A DNA stretch of 64,000 nt from Naegleria gruberi (taxonomy: Eukaryota). Made by a program: the position numbers and the translations under genes. The stretch lies in the NCBI GenBank assembly GCA_000004985.1, contig GG738912.1; one strand, 5' to 3'. The notes below the pieces were generated by a model. That model had not been told where the DNA came from. It ran no database searches and worked only from the letters and a program-made list of their open reading frames with translations. Below are positions 22,884 through 32,243 of this stretch, piece after piece (position 1 is the first letter of the stretch; each line of letters begins with the position of its first letter).

Positions 22884-23736
22884 TTTTTAGTACGCCAATC
22901 CATAAAACCCCTCTGCTACTTCTTCAGACGATTCAATGATAAAATTGTTTTTCGTTGTTGGTTCGGTATTTTACGATAAAATCGCAATTCCACAAGATAC
23001 GGTTTCCGAGGGTATGTTTTGTCCTTTCTACAAGTTGTGGAACAGTGGGAAGGGTGTATTAATTGTGCAAATTGTGAAAAGTTTGTTAGCATTGGAGATC
23101 CTGCATGCATATTTGGAGATTGAACCCGTTCGAGTTGTTTGGTTTAGTTTTGTTGTAATGTGTTAGTCTTTGAAAGTGTTATTAGAAATGGAAACAATGT
23201 TTCATTTGTGAAAGTATAATTGTATTCGTTGGAAAGTGAGTATTTGATTGGGTTTAATTGTTATTCTTGAGTTCCATTCTAATTATTGAAAATATTCATT
23301 CGTATTTTAATTCTTGTTACAAAAAATTCCTCCCATGCATTGAACAAGTTTACAATTTTTGAAATTCAATCATGATGTTCTATTCTTCCATTACTTGCTT
23401 AATCCTAAAAAGAAAAGCACACAAATACAACAAATCATCTTCTTCTCTCAATTCGGAACATTCCTTTTCCGTACCAAATAAATCAATAAGAAAAAAACAT
23501 CAAACAACCTTTCATTCTCTCTCTCAATATCATCAAAGCGAAAATTATTTTTAGCCTTTGAAGAAGAACAGCAAACAACAACACTTGTAAATACAAAAAA
23601 GCAACATACAGCAATCAAATAACAACTCTAATATATTGCTTATTGAAGTAACGTTTGGAATACAACAATAACAAACACAGTTTAAAAGAATTATTTTTGT
23701 AAATAGGAAAAGGATTAATAATTAATTATTGGAAGG

Positions 23737-24379
23737 ATGGCACAAAGAAGAGTAATGAAGGATTTGACAACACTGCAACAAGTACCTATTGAAGGATTGA
23801 CTGCTGGACCGATCGGAGATGATGTTTTTAGTTGGAATGGGTATATTGATGGACCTGTAAGTGTTTGATGATTTAAATGTTGGAAATAATTGTATTTACT
23901 TGTTTTGGAACTAATTAGGTGGATACACCATATGAAGATGGAGTTTTTAAAGTCAAAATTACATTTCCAACTGATTATCCTTTCACTGCTCCACGATTGA
24001 GTTTTGGTAAGTTTATTGAACCAGTTGAAAATTCTATAAACTTTAATAGTGACACCAATTTATCATCCAAATGTAAATAGTGACGGGAAAGTTTGTCTCT
24101 CAATACTAGACAAGGACTGGAATCCCTCTGTAAATATATCACAAGTATTAATGAGTAAGTATTCGAAATATTATTTTGAAATATTCACTTGTAACAGCTG
24201 TACAATTACTACTCAAAGAACCAAATCCTGAAAGTGCAGTTCTTCCTAGCATTGGTAAACAATATGAGGATGATCGTGAAGCATTCAATAAGGAAGCTAG
24301 GAAACACACTCAGGAACATGCAAAGAAGAAAACAGAGGAAGAGAACAAAGAGGAAACACAGGAAAAAGAGGAGAAATAA
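23737..24379 (+). CDS. E2 ubiquitin-conjugating enzyme with a Lys/Glu-rich C-terminal tail. Four exons: 23737..23856, 23919..24006, 24050..24154 and 24198..24379.
   Basis: UBC fold motifs are reconstructed across three GTAAGT introns (62, 43 and 43 nt). They include …[14 protein letters not shown]|[35 protein letters not shown]|[15 protein letters not shown]… with the HPN motif and active-site Cys. Confidence 0.75.
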
Positions 24380-24484
24380 ATTTATATATATTAATTAATT
24401 ATTAATTATTAATTAATAATTTAAATAGGCAATTGATCATAAGGAACAAATATTAATAATACAAAAAAAATAGATCGCAACACC

Positions 24485-25810
24485 ATGAGAGAAATTGTCA
24501 GTCTTTTTATTGGAGGATGTGGTAACAGGATTGGAAATTGTTTTTGGAAGGGTATTATGAGGGAACACAATATTGATACAAATACAGGAGAGAGGATTGA
24601 AGGATTTGAAGATGTTGAAGAAAATTTAAATATTTTCCTTGATGAGAGGGAAGATAAATTTGTGCCAAGAGTTGTGATGGCCGATCTGGAGGCTGAAACT
24701 ATTGAATCAATGATTAAGAATGAGAATTTATTGGAATCAAAGTTTGCTTCCTTTCAAAGATGTGGAAATGGAAATTGTTTCTCTAGGGGAATGTACACTG
24801 ATGGAGCTCTGCTTATTCGAAATATAATGGATCAAGCAAGGAAGAGTGTAGAACAGTGTGATTTCTTTGAAGGATTTCAAATGTTTCATTCCATAATTGG
24901 TGGATCTGGATCAGGGCTTGGTTCATTAGTTGTTTCGAAACTCAGAGAAGAATTCCCTGACAAAATGATGGCAACTGCTACTGTATTGCCATCAAATAAG
25001 GATGACTATGGATCTAGGTCTCTTTCACATTATAATGCTGGTCTATCCATGCATTATTTGGTAGAGAATACTGATTTTGTAACTTGTCTAAATAATGAGG
25101 CTCTTGGAAATATCTGTAATAGCAAATTAGGACTGGAGAATTATGGCTATGAACATATGAATAATTTAATCACTCAAGCAATTTGTGGTTTTACTAGTCC
25201 ATTAAGATTTTCAGGAATTTTAAATTCTTCATACAGAAAGCTTTCAACCAACCTCGTTCCATTTCCAAGACTACACTTTTTCACTGTATCTCACTCACCC
25301 TTCTGTCTGGGTGATACTGAACCAACAGTTGAGGGATTAACAAGTGATGTTTTTAATCAGACCAATCTACTGATAAGTATGGATCCAAGTTTAGGCCGTT
25401 ACATGACCAATATCATTACTTATCGTGACAATGAGCCGAATATTTCCATGATTGAGGAATATGTAAGAAAATTCAAAAAGGATAATGAAGCTATTTTCAA
25501 AGAATGGGTGCCAAACAATATTCACACTTCAGTATGTAAATCTATTTCACCAGATTGTCCAACCAAGAGCTCAGCAACAATGGTATCCAATACCAGTGCA
25601 ATCAAAACAGTTTTTAACAAGATTTCCGACCAATTTACTGTAATGTTCAGAAGAAGGGCGTTTCTGCACCAATATTTAGAAGATGGTATGGATGAGATGG
25701 AGTTTACAGAAGCGGAATCAAACTTTAATGATCTTCAATCTGAATATTATGATGATTGGGGTGCGTGGTGTGAAGAAGAGGAAGAAGGAGAGTATGATGA
25801 AGAGCCTTAG
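24485..25810 (+). CDS. Divergent tubulin-family protein with a beta-like MREIV N-terminus and an acidic C-terminal tail.
   Basis: MREIVSLFIGGCGNRIGNCFWKG corresponds to tubulin MREIVHIQAGQCGNQIG. GGSGSGLGSLVVSKLREEFPDKMM is the tubulin GGGTGSG…EEYPDRIM block. Acidic EEEEEGEYDEEP tail. Strongly divergent from canonical alpha/beta/gamma tubulins. Confidence 0.7.
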   Translation: MREIVSLFIGGCGNRIGNCFWKGIMREHNIDTNTGERIEGFEDVEENLNIFLDEREDKFVPRVVMADLEAETIESMIKNENLLESKFASFQRCGNGNCFSRGMYTDGALLIRNIMDQARKSVEQCDFFEGFQMFHSIIGGSGSGLGSLVVSKLREEFPDKMMATATVLPSNKDDYGSRSLSHYNAGLSMHYLVENTDFVTCLNNEALGNICNSKLGLENYGYEHMNNLITQAICGFTSPLRFSGILNSSYRKLSTNLVPFPRLHFFTVSHSPFCLGDTEPTVEGLTSDVFNQTNLLISMDPSLGRYMTNIITYRDNEPNISMIEEYVRKFKKDNEAIFKEWVPNNIHTSVCKSISPDCPTKSSATMVSNTSAIKTVFNKISDQFTVMFRRRAFLHQYLEDGMDEMEFTEAESNFNDLQSEYYDDWGAWCEEEEEGEYDEEP

Positions 25811-26027
25811 AACTAATAAACATGAAGCAACATTTTCTTGCAACTCAACCTCTCATTACTAATTAAGCCAATTGGGGATTGATATTAATTTTCAAACAAT
25901 AACAAAAACTTCACTAGTACTTTACTGTTCTGATCCTTCTTACTCATGTTAATAAAAACCAAACTTTCAAACACTTTCTCTTCTCCACGATTTGTCCAAA
26001 ACCAAAATCATATGGCTCGCCACGTTA

Positions 26028-26098
26028 CCGTCTCGGGAGGAATCGAACCTCCGTCAATGGATTCAAAGTCCACTATGCTACCATTACACCACGAGACG
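26028..26098 (-). tRNA. tRNA-Gln, anticodon UUG.
   Basis: Minus-strand sequence CGTCTCG-TG-GTGT-AATGGTA-GCAT-A-GTGGA-CTTTGAA-TCCAT-TGAC-GGAGG-TTCGATT-CCTCC-CGAGACG-G. It has a perfect 7-bp acceptor stem, a GG-containing D-loop, a TTCGATT T-loop, and TTG in the anticodon loop. No intron. Confidence 0.8.
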
Positions 26099-26362
26099 AG
26101 CACATTAAGGTTGATTATAATTTAGTTATTACACTCATGACCATTTTCAATCTGTACTGTATTTGCGTTTCATGTCCCTTTGCTAAATTACATTGTATAA
26201 GAAAGGACTTGGAACATATTGCCATTTACAATTCAAAACGTAGAAACATTTTTTCTTGCTCTTCCTCATTACTTATTAAGGCAATAGAAGATTTGGCGCC
26301 TTTAAAATTCACACTTTCAAACAATTTTTCACAAACAAAAAAACAACAACACCACAACCAAT

Positions 26363-27433
26363 ATGAACAGAAAGGCCATGATTTCACTTTCCCCACTTTT
26401 ACTGTGTACAGTGCTGTGTACAGCCCTCACACAGGTCACACCCTCCTCACCTGACACCACAAATTATTATTTTCTATCAAGAGAGCCATCGTCATCAATT
26501 CTTAATATTATCCATCAAGAACACACTGATAATATTATAATAATTAATGATTGGCTTAATGATCTTGCCATCTCCTATTGTGTGATGTTAATTTACGCAC
26601 TCATCATGCTAGCCATGTCCCTCCAGAATCATCTTTCCACAGGAGAGCAATTTCTCAATGATGAAGAAGTATCCTCATCAATAGAGACTCAACACACATC
26701 TTCTCAGATAACAACAGAGGAGAGTGAAGGCAATGATCATGGCGATAAGGAGGTGGACGATCTGAATATGAGTATGATCGAAATGGTACCCGAGATTGTT
26801 GAAGAAGGTGGCTCCCAAGATTTTCCATCCATTGAAACACAGAATCCTCTCACCATCTCAACTCTCTACTCCCATTCCAAGATAACAGAAGGTAATGATG
26901 ATAAGGAAGGTGAAGATTCTGATACGCTCGAAGAAAGTTCCTTTGATTTATCTTACATTGAAACACCACGAAGAGAATCAAAAGACTTGCATCATGATTA
27001 CAGTCCTAGTGATGCATCAACCATAACTCCAAGAAGCCAATCAGATTTGGATCGCTCAGACCTCAGTATTGTGTCCTCTCCAAATGATGAAGAATCAACG
27101 TTACTAGATTGTTCTCTCAATCATGATGATTTTGAAATCAATGAACAATTTACTGAACCACCACCATCAGAAACAACTTCTTTTGAAGAATTAATGGCAA
27201 GAAACCTTGAACGTATCACATCATTAAACAGTGAAGTAATGAATGAATTTGCAAAGGAAGCAAGTATAATCCTTGCACAACTTCAAGACATTAAGGGTTA
27301 CAATAATGTGGAAGAAGTTGAGAAAGAAGAATTTCTTTTCAGCCTTGCAATGGAAATCTATGAAACAAGATTAATCAGAATGGATGTGGAGGCCCAAAGA
27401 ATTAATCTCAAAATTCAAAACCTTACAATTTAG
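26363..27433 (+). CDS. Hypothetical acidic Ser/Asp/Glu-rich protein with a hydrophobic N-terminus.
   Basis: Intact 356-aa ORF with ATG context caaccaatATG. Low-complexity acidic sequence, no recognisable domain. The exon structure is uncertain. Confidence 0.35.
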   Translation: MNRKAMISLSPLLLCTVLCTALTQVTPSSPDTTNYYFLSREPSSSILNIIHQEHTDNIIIINDWLNDLAISYCVMLIYALIMLAMSLQNHLSTGEQFLNDEEVSSSIETQHTSSQITTEESEGNDHGDKEVDDLNMSMIEMVPEIVEEGGSQDFPSIETQNPLTISTLYSHSKITEGNDDKEGEDSDTLEESSFDLSYIETPRRESKDLHHDYSPSDASTITPRSQSDLDRSDLSIVSSPNDEESTLLDCSLNHDDFEINEQFTEPPPSETTSFEELMARNLERITSLNSEVMNEFAKEASIILAQLQDIKGYNNVEEVEKEEFLFSLAMEIYETRLIRMDVEAQRINLKIQNLTI

Positions 27434-27989
27434 GAAATTGTATTGTATTTGATAAACTATCTTCAATTTTCATTATAATTTCATAAATTTGTGTTTCTCT
27501 TTTCCAAGTTTCATCAATTCCAATCGCTTCAACATATGGAGATGGATCAGGAACAATCCATGATGTTTGGCATCACATCCATCTGGGTCTTCTCACTATG
27601 TTTATTATCATGTGAAGTTTGTTAAAAATGTGTGTCCCATCTCCAACTATGGAGCACATGGAATGGCTGGAACACTAGGAACATTAACAATGTTTGTTGA
27701 TGTTCTGGTTTCAATGATTAGAAGTGTCAAAGGTATTATTTACAATGGAATTGAAAAGTATCGTGTTACTTTCTTTTAACATATCTTTCAACTCGCTTCT
27801 GTTGTAAACTAAAAACGCCATTTGTTAAAAACGACACTTTTCAAAAATGTACCTACTTAAAAATCTCCAAATTTGAACAATTACAATATTCTTCCATAAT
27901 TGTTCACTGACAAGTGTCAAATAAATAGAAGCTTCCACCTGCCATCCATCACTTTTTCACAAACAAAAACAAAAACAAATACAACAAAC

Positions 27990-28349
27990 ATGTCCTATCC
28001 AATTCCAACTCCATACGAATGGTCAACCACTCTCGATATTGGCAATGCTGAATTAAACGAACAACATAAGAAACTCTTCACTTTAATCAATGCCTTGGAT
28101 GCCAAGAGAAGTTGTGGCACAACATTGAAGGAATTATTAGATTACGTTGTTTTCCACTTCAAGACTGAAGAAGATTTGTTTGCTAAGGCTGGTTGGTCTG
28201 AATCTGCCTCTCATAAGGAAACTCATGATAAGTTTGTTCAGGATGCTTTGGCATTGACAAGCGTTGGAGATGGTGAGATGCAATTTATTAAGCAATGGTT
28301 GATTACTCACATTTGTGCCTCTGATATGAAGTATAAGGGTGTTATTTAA
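27990..28349 (+). CDS. Hemerythrin (O2/iron-binding HHE-domain protein), about 119 aa.
   Basis: Aligns along its full length to metazoan hemerythrin: …YEWSTTLDIGNAELNEQHKKLF…HF.TEE.LF…HKETHDKFV…WLITHICASDMKYKGVI, including the conserved His/Glu iron ligands. Start is the internal Met at 27990 (acaaacATG). Confidence 0.75.
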   Translation: MSYPIPTPYEWSTTLDIGNAELNEQHKKLFTLINALDAKRSCGTTLKELLDYVVFHFKTEEDLFAKAGWSESASHKETHDKFVQDALALTSVGDGEMQFIKQWLITHICASDMKYKGVI

Positions 28350-28600
28350 ATATTATCCTTTTTTGTAATTTTAGTAAAAAAACAATTTTGTAAATTAGTT
28401 TATTTTTTGATATTGTCGGCAAAAGTGTTCGAAATAGTCTTCCTCTGATTCATGTCTCACTCTGATTGTTCATATGAAATTGGAACGGTTATTAGAAAGC
28501 TCATCTAAAACAAGAGGTTAATGGACATATTAGATTTGTTTTGAATAAATGCAATTAAAGAACTCAATTAGACTTAAGTATTTAAAATTTACTGGAATTT

Positions 28601-30513
28601 TCAGGTTAATGACATTTTATACCAACAATTGATTTCTTCTAATTTTTTTTCAATAGAACTCAAAGTCAAATGTTCTTGTAAAGTTTCAACAAACGTTTCA
28701 CAATTGCGCAAAGTAGTGTTTGCTTGATGGGTGTTACCAAATACTTTTTGTTTGATTACTGACATCTTACCTTTAACAAAGTATACCTTCTCAGTCAATT
28801 CATGCAATTTTTCCCACATTTCAGAATTTTCCTCTGGTTGACTGAGTGAAATCTGATTGTTACTGAATGTGAATTTTTCACTGAAGAATGTTGACCTACT
28901 CACTACATCATGTACATTAACAGTAAACACGCCGTCTTGGTCAACTCTGCATTCAACACATATTTTATGGTTAGAGGCAGGCTTTTGATCAATTTTTATG
29001 ATTGAATTGGTTAGTAATTCTAACATTGAGCTAATTTCAGATTCTCCCTCTCTGAAGGTCAAATTAATCTCTTTCGTTTCGTCTGATGAATTTGTAACTG
29101 CCAATAGTTTTTTACAAGGCAAAGGTGTTCCCTTTTCCAGAACCTTAATTAAGGAATTATTTTGATATTCCTTAATTCGAATAGTTCTTGAAAGACATTC
29201 AGTAATAGGAATGGCTTGTTTTTGATAAAGATCATGAGCCAAGTAGGCAGCTCCATAACTAACGATATAAATTATGTCACTATTTTGTGGTCTAGTAATT
29301 GTCTTTAACAAGTCAACTCACTGTCAAGTTATTAAATCTTACTTACAACTCCAGGTAGTTCATCTTGCACCCAATCTTTCACAAATGGAATAAGAGATGA
29401 TCCTCCAACCATAAGAACCTCATTAATATCACATCCAAGTTCTTTAAATTTTGAAATTAAGGTCTGGACCCTTTTTTGGAACGCCTCCTCACAATCTCTC
29501 TTAAATTGCTCATAATTCACAGAAATAATCAAAGATAAATCATTCTCAGGAATCTCAATACTAAAGTATTCAACATTTCGTCTAGTTGAACATAAGGTTT
29601 CTTTCAAAATTCTTGCCTTTGCACTCAACTTGTGTTTAACTTCTTTCTTTAAATTATTCAACTGAGATGTCAATGATTTTTCTTCGAGTGTCATGGAAGA
29701 TGCTCCAAACCAAACAGGTTTAATGTAATTTTGGAAAACCAAATTATCAACATCAACACCTCCCAAAGTAGAATCTCCCTCAACCCATTTCACAATAAAT
29801 TCCAATTGACTATCATGATTTTTACAAACTTGAATGAGTGAAATGTCCAAAGTTCCACCACCAAAATCAAATACCAAGTAATTACCTTCCCCTCTTTGAG
29901 GATCTTTCTTAAAATAGTAATAGGCAGCTGCGGATGGTTCTGGTAATAATTTCAAAACCTTAATGTTTGATTTTCTAGCTGCTTCCAAAGTTGCATTCTT
30001 TTGGAAAACTCCAAATTCAGCTGGAACTGTAATGACTGCTGGAATTTCTTGATCTTTTCTAAATACGGTTACATTTTCAAGAATTTTTTGAGCTACCAAT
30101 TCTGGAGAAATGTCAAGAAACTTTCCGTTTTCAAATACGAAACGACATGTGGCAAGTTGGTTCTCTTGATTAGCAACTATTTTGTAATCTAATTTCTTTT
30201 CATTTTCTTGAATGACGGCCACTTGATTGTCTTTTCTATCCAAACATTAAGAATAGTCAAAGTTTCGTCAACTAACTTACCTTTTACCAATGATTCGTTT
30301 AGTTTCTGTAGCGTAGAGAACACCATTAACATCTTCCAATTCTCCAACACCAGTTTGAAATGATTCTCCGTTTATACAGCTTACATTCACAACAGAGTTT
30401 TGGAAATTACATGATCCTTGTGAAATATATTTCGTATATCCAAATTCATCAATGTACGAAACAATGGTTGTGCTAGTACCTAGATCAATACCAATACACT
30501 TAATATCACTCAT
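28601..30513 (-). CDS. Divergent Hsp70-like protein (A). Three exons: 30281..30513, 29347..30235 and 28601..29302, with introns at 30236..30280 (45 nt) and 29303..29346 (44 nt).
   Basis: Motifs IGIDLGTSTTIVSY, …IIGKR|KDNQVAV…, AVITVPAEF, LLPEPSAAAYYY, LVFDFGGGTLDISL, LGGVDVD, LMVGGSSLIPFV and …NSDIIYIVSYGAAYLA are kept in frame by GTAAGT donors and AG acceptors. Joins ORFs 30277..30654, 29332..30243 and 28601..29311. Confidence 0.7.
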
Positions 30514-30562
30514 TTTTTTTAAAAGAAACACATACTTCACATCATGCATGACATATAAACTA

Positions 30563-30626
30563 TCACGTTTTCGAATAAACCCACTCACGTTTCGAAATTT
30601 AGAGTTTACAATATTCACGTTTCGAA
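30563..30626. promoter_or_regulatory. Promoter of Hsp70-like gene A, containing three copies of TCACGTTT(T)CGAA (reverse complement of …GAAACGTGA).
   Basis: Copies at 30563-30575, 30585-30596 and 30615-30626, immediately upstream of the ATG at 30513. Confidence 0.4.
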
Positions 30627-30634
30627 TCAATCTT

Positions 30635-32101
30635 TTAATTGATATTTTTAACAAACGAAACCTTATAATTTCTAATCATCAGCTCCCTCAGAATACAACC
30701 AACAGAAATCATACTGCCATTATTCAAATATCTACGATTTTCTCCCTTTTTGAATTTTGACAAGCTTGGAATATTCCACAATCCTCCAACAAGTAGTAAT
30801 TGATTACTGTTAAATATTGGCATATTTTCATCAAGAGTTAATTCAGGAAATTCGCTTCTTTTGATAAAAACTGGTCCTTCAAGACTATCCTCTCCAAAAA
30901 TCATTCTAATAGTTTCGGATATAGAAATTTCGTCATCTTGACCATATTGATACATATTCATCATGAGTTTGTTCATTTGAAATGTAAATTTTGCACTTCT
31001 TTCGTCTTTGATATCATTCGTTTTCAATTCTCCATTTTCATACCTGTAATTCAATTTGCAACGAACCAAGATTCGATTACAAAAATCTGAAAGTATTTTA
31101 ACTCCACTAAAACTGAAGCTATATAATACTGTGGATTCGAATACTAGGGAATTGGAATCTTTCCTCACTATACATTGATAGGTGCCTGTACCTGATAAAT
31201 TGAAAATGCTGAACTGAATGCTCATTTCTTTGAATTGTTGCAGAGACGTTTCGTCAGGTTCTTTTTTAAAATCTAACTGATAGAATTGAGCTACATAATA
31301 TGAAATTACAGCCTCGTGCTCAAAACAAGTAGAATTGTTTACAATCTTACTGTCACAATGAAGCTCCCATCCGTATGGAATGGCTGTAATAAATTTCTTA
31401 TTCGAATCTTCATCAATTTGTTTTGAAAATGCTCCAATTAAATGATATATTAAATTACTATTCAATTTTCTTTCTGGAATATTTGAGAATTTTCTGAAAT
31501 ATTCAATGGAAAGCGCTGGTTGACCTTCTGTGATCTCTAACACTTGTTCTCCAATCATATTAGAATAAAATACAGAGGTTATTCTTGTTGAATACAGATC
31601 ATTAATTTTTGATGAACCAATGTTATGATAACTTGCTTGTGAATAAAAAGTTCCACAATCAATTCCAATAATTTGATGAATTTTGTATTCACTTTCCTCC
31701 ATAATTGGTTCCACAGGGTTCTCATTTGAATTTTTCTCGATAGATGTTTGGGTTTCATAATTTTCAACAATTACTTGGACATCCCCTTCCAAATTTTCAT
31801 TCATTTTACAATAGTTAATATGGTTTTCTTCTTCTTTTGGCTCCTCAATTGACATTCTCTTCTCCGTCTTAATTTTACAATCACTTTCATCATTCATAAC
31901 CCATTCTCCCATAATTTCATTCCTCATATGAACTATTTTTAAATCCTTTACATTAGTTTGCTGAGTTCTACATTGTTTGTAATCATCAAATGCACTATCG
32001 TCATCCGTGCTGTGTTGACTCGTAATAATTAATTTTTTGATAGACCTTTTGAATGTTGTGGCTGATCTTTTAATTTTTTGAAACGCCATTTTCTTTTGCA
32101 T
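30635..32101 (-). CDS. Highly divergent Hsp70/actin-fold ATPase-like protein (B) with a ~160-aa N-terminal extension.
   Basis: IIGIDCGTFYSQASY (phosphate-1), FNLSGTGTYQCIV (DLGGGTFD-like) and LLLVGGLWNIPSL (VGGSTRIP-like). The ATG at 32101 is the first true ATG; the ORF-track start at 32140 is TTG. Confidence 0.5.
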   Translation of the reverse strand: MQKKMAFQKIKRSATTFKRSIKKLIITSQHSTDDDSAFDDYKQCRTQQTNVKDLKIVHMRNEIMGEWVMNDESDCKIKTEKRMSIEEPKEEENHINYCKMNENLEGDVQVIVENYETQTSIEKNSNENPVEPIMEESEYKIHQIIGIDCGTFYSQASYHNIGSSKINDLYSTRITSVFYSNMIGEQVLEITEGQPALSIEYFRKFSNIPERKLNSNLIYHLIGAFSKQIDEDSNKKFITAIPYGWELHCDSKIVNNSTCFEHEAVISYYVAQFYQLDFKKEPDETSLQQFKEMSIQFSIFNLSGTGTYQCIVRKDSNSLVFESTVLYSFSFSGVKILSDFCNRILVRCKLNYRYENGELKTNDIKDERSAKFTFQMNKLMMNMYQYGQDDEISISETIRMIFGEDSLEGPVFIKRSEFPELTLDENMPIFNSNQLLLVGGLWNIPSLSKFKKGENRRYLNNGSMISVGCILRELMIRNYKVSFVKNIN

Positions 32102-32243
32102 AAAAAACGTGAAGTTTACAAAAAGTTGGTCAACCAGCAATCACGTAATCACGTTTGTTATTAATAGAAAATATAAAACGTGAAACCTGTGGAAATAATC
32201 GATTTTTGCAATCAACACTTTCTAATAATTATTTCAAAAGAAA
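32102..32243. promoter_or_regulatory. 142-bp bidirectional promoter between Hsp70-like genes B (-) and C (+), carrying several ACGTGA-core motifs.
   Basis: AAAACGTGAAG (32103-13), TCACGTAATCACGTTTG (32141-57) and AAAACGTGAAAC (32176-87). Confidence 0.4.

Noticed and set aside
26028-26098. Possible retroelement insertion next to the tRNA gene (tRNA genes are insertion hotspots in dictyostelids).
   Set aside because: The flanks are short unique AT-rich sequence. No LTR, poly-A tail, target-site duplication or RT/integrase ORF is present anywhere in the window.
30563-30626. TTCGAA-containing repeats upstream of Hsp70-like A, considered as heat-shock elements.
   Set aside because: TTCGAA has no 2-nt spacer, so it does not fit the nGAAnnTTCn HSE pentamer phasing. 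It is reported only as an unexplained recurring ACGTGA-core motif.
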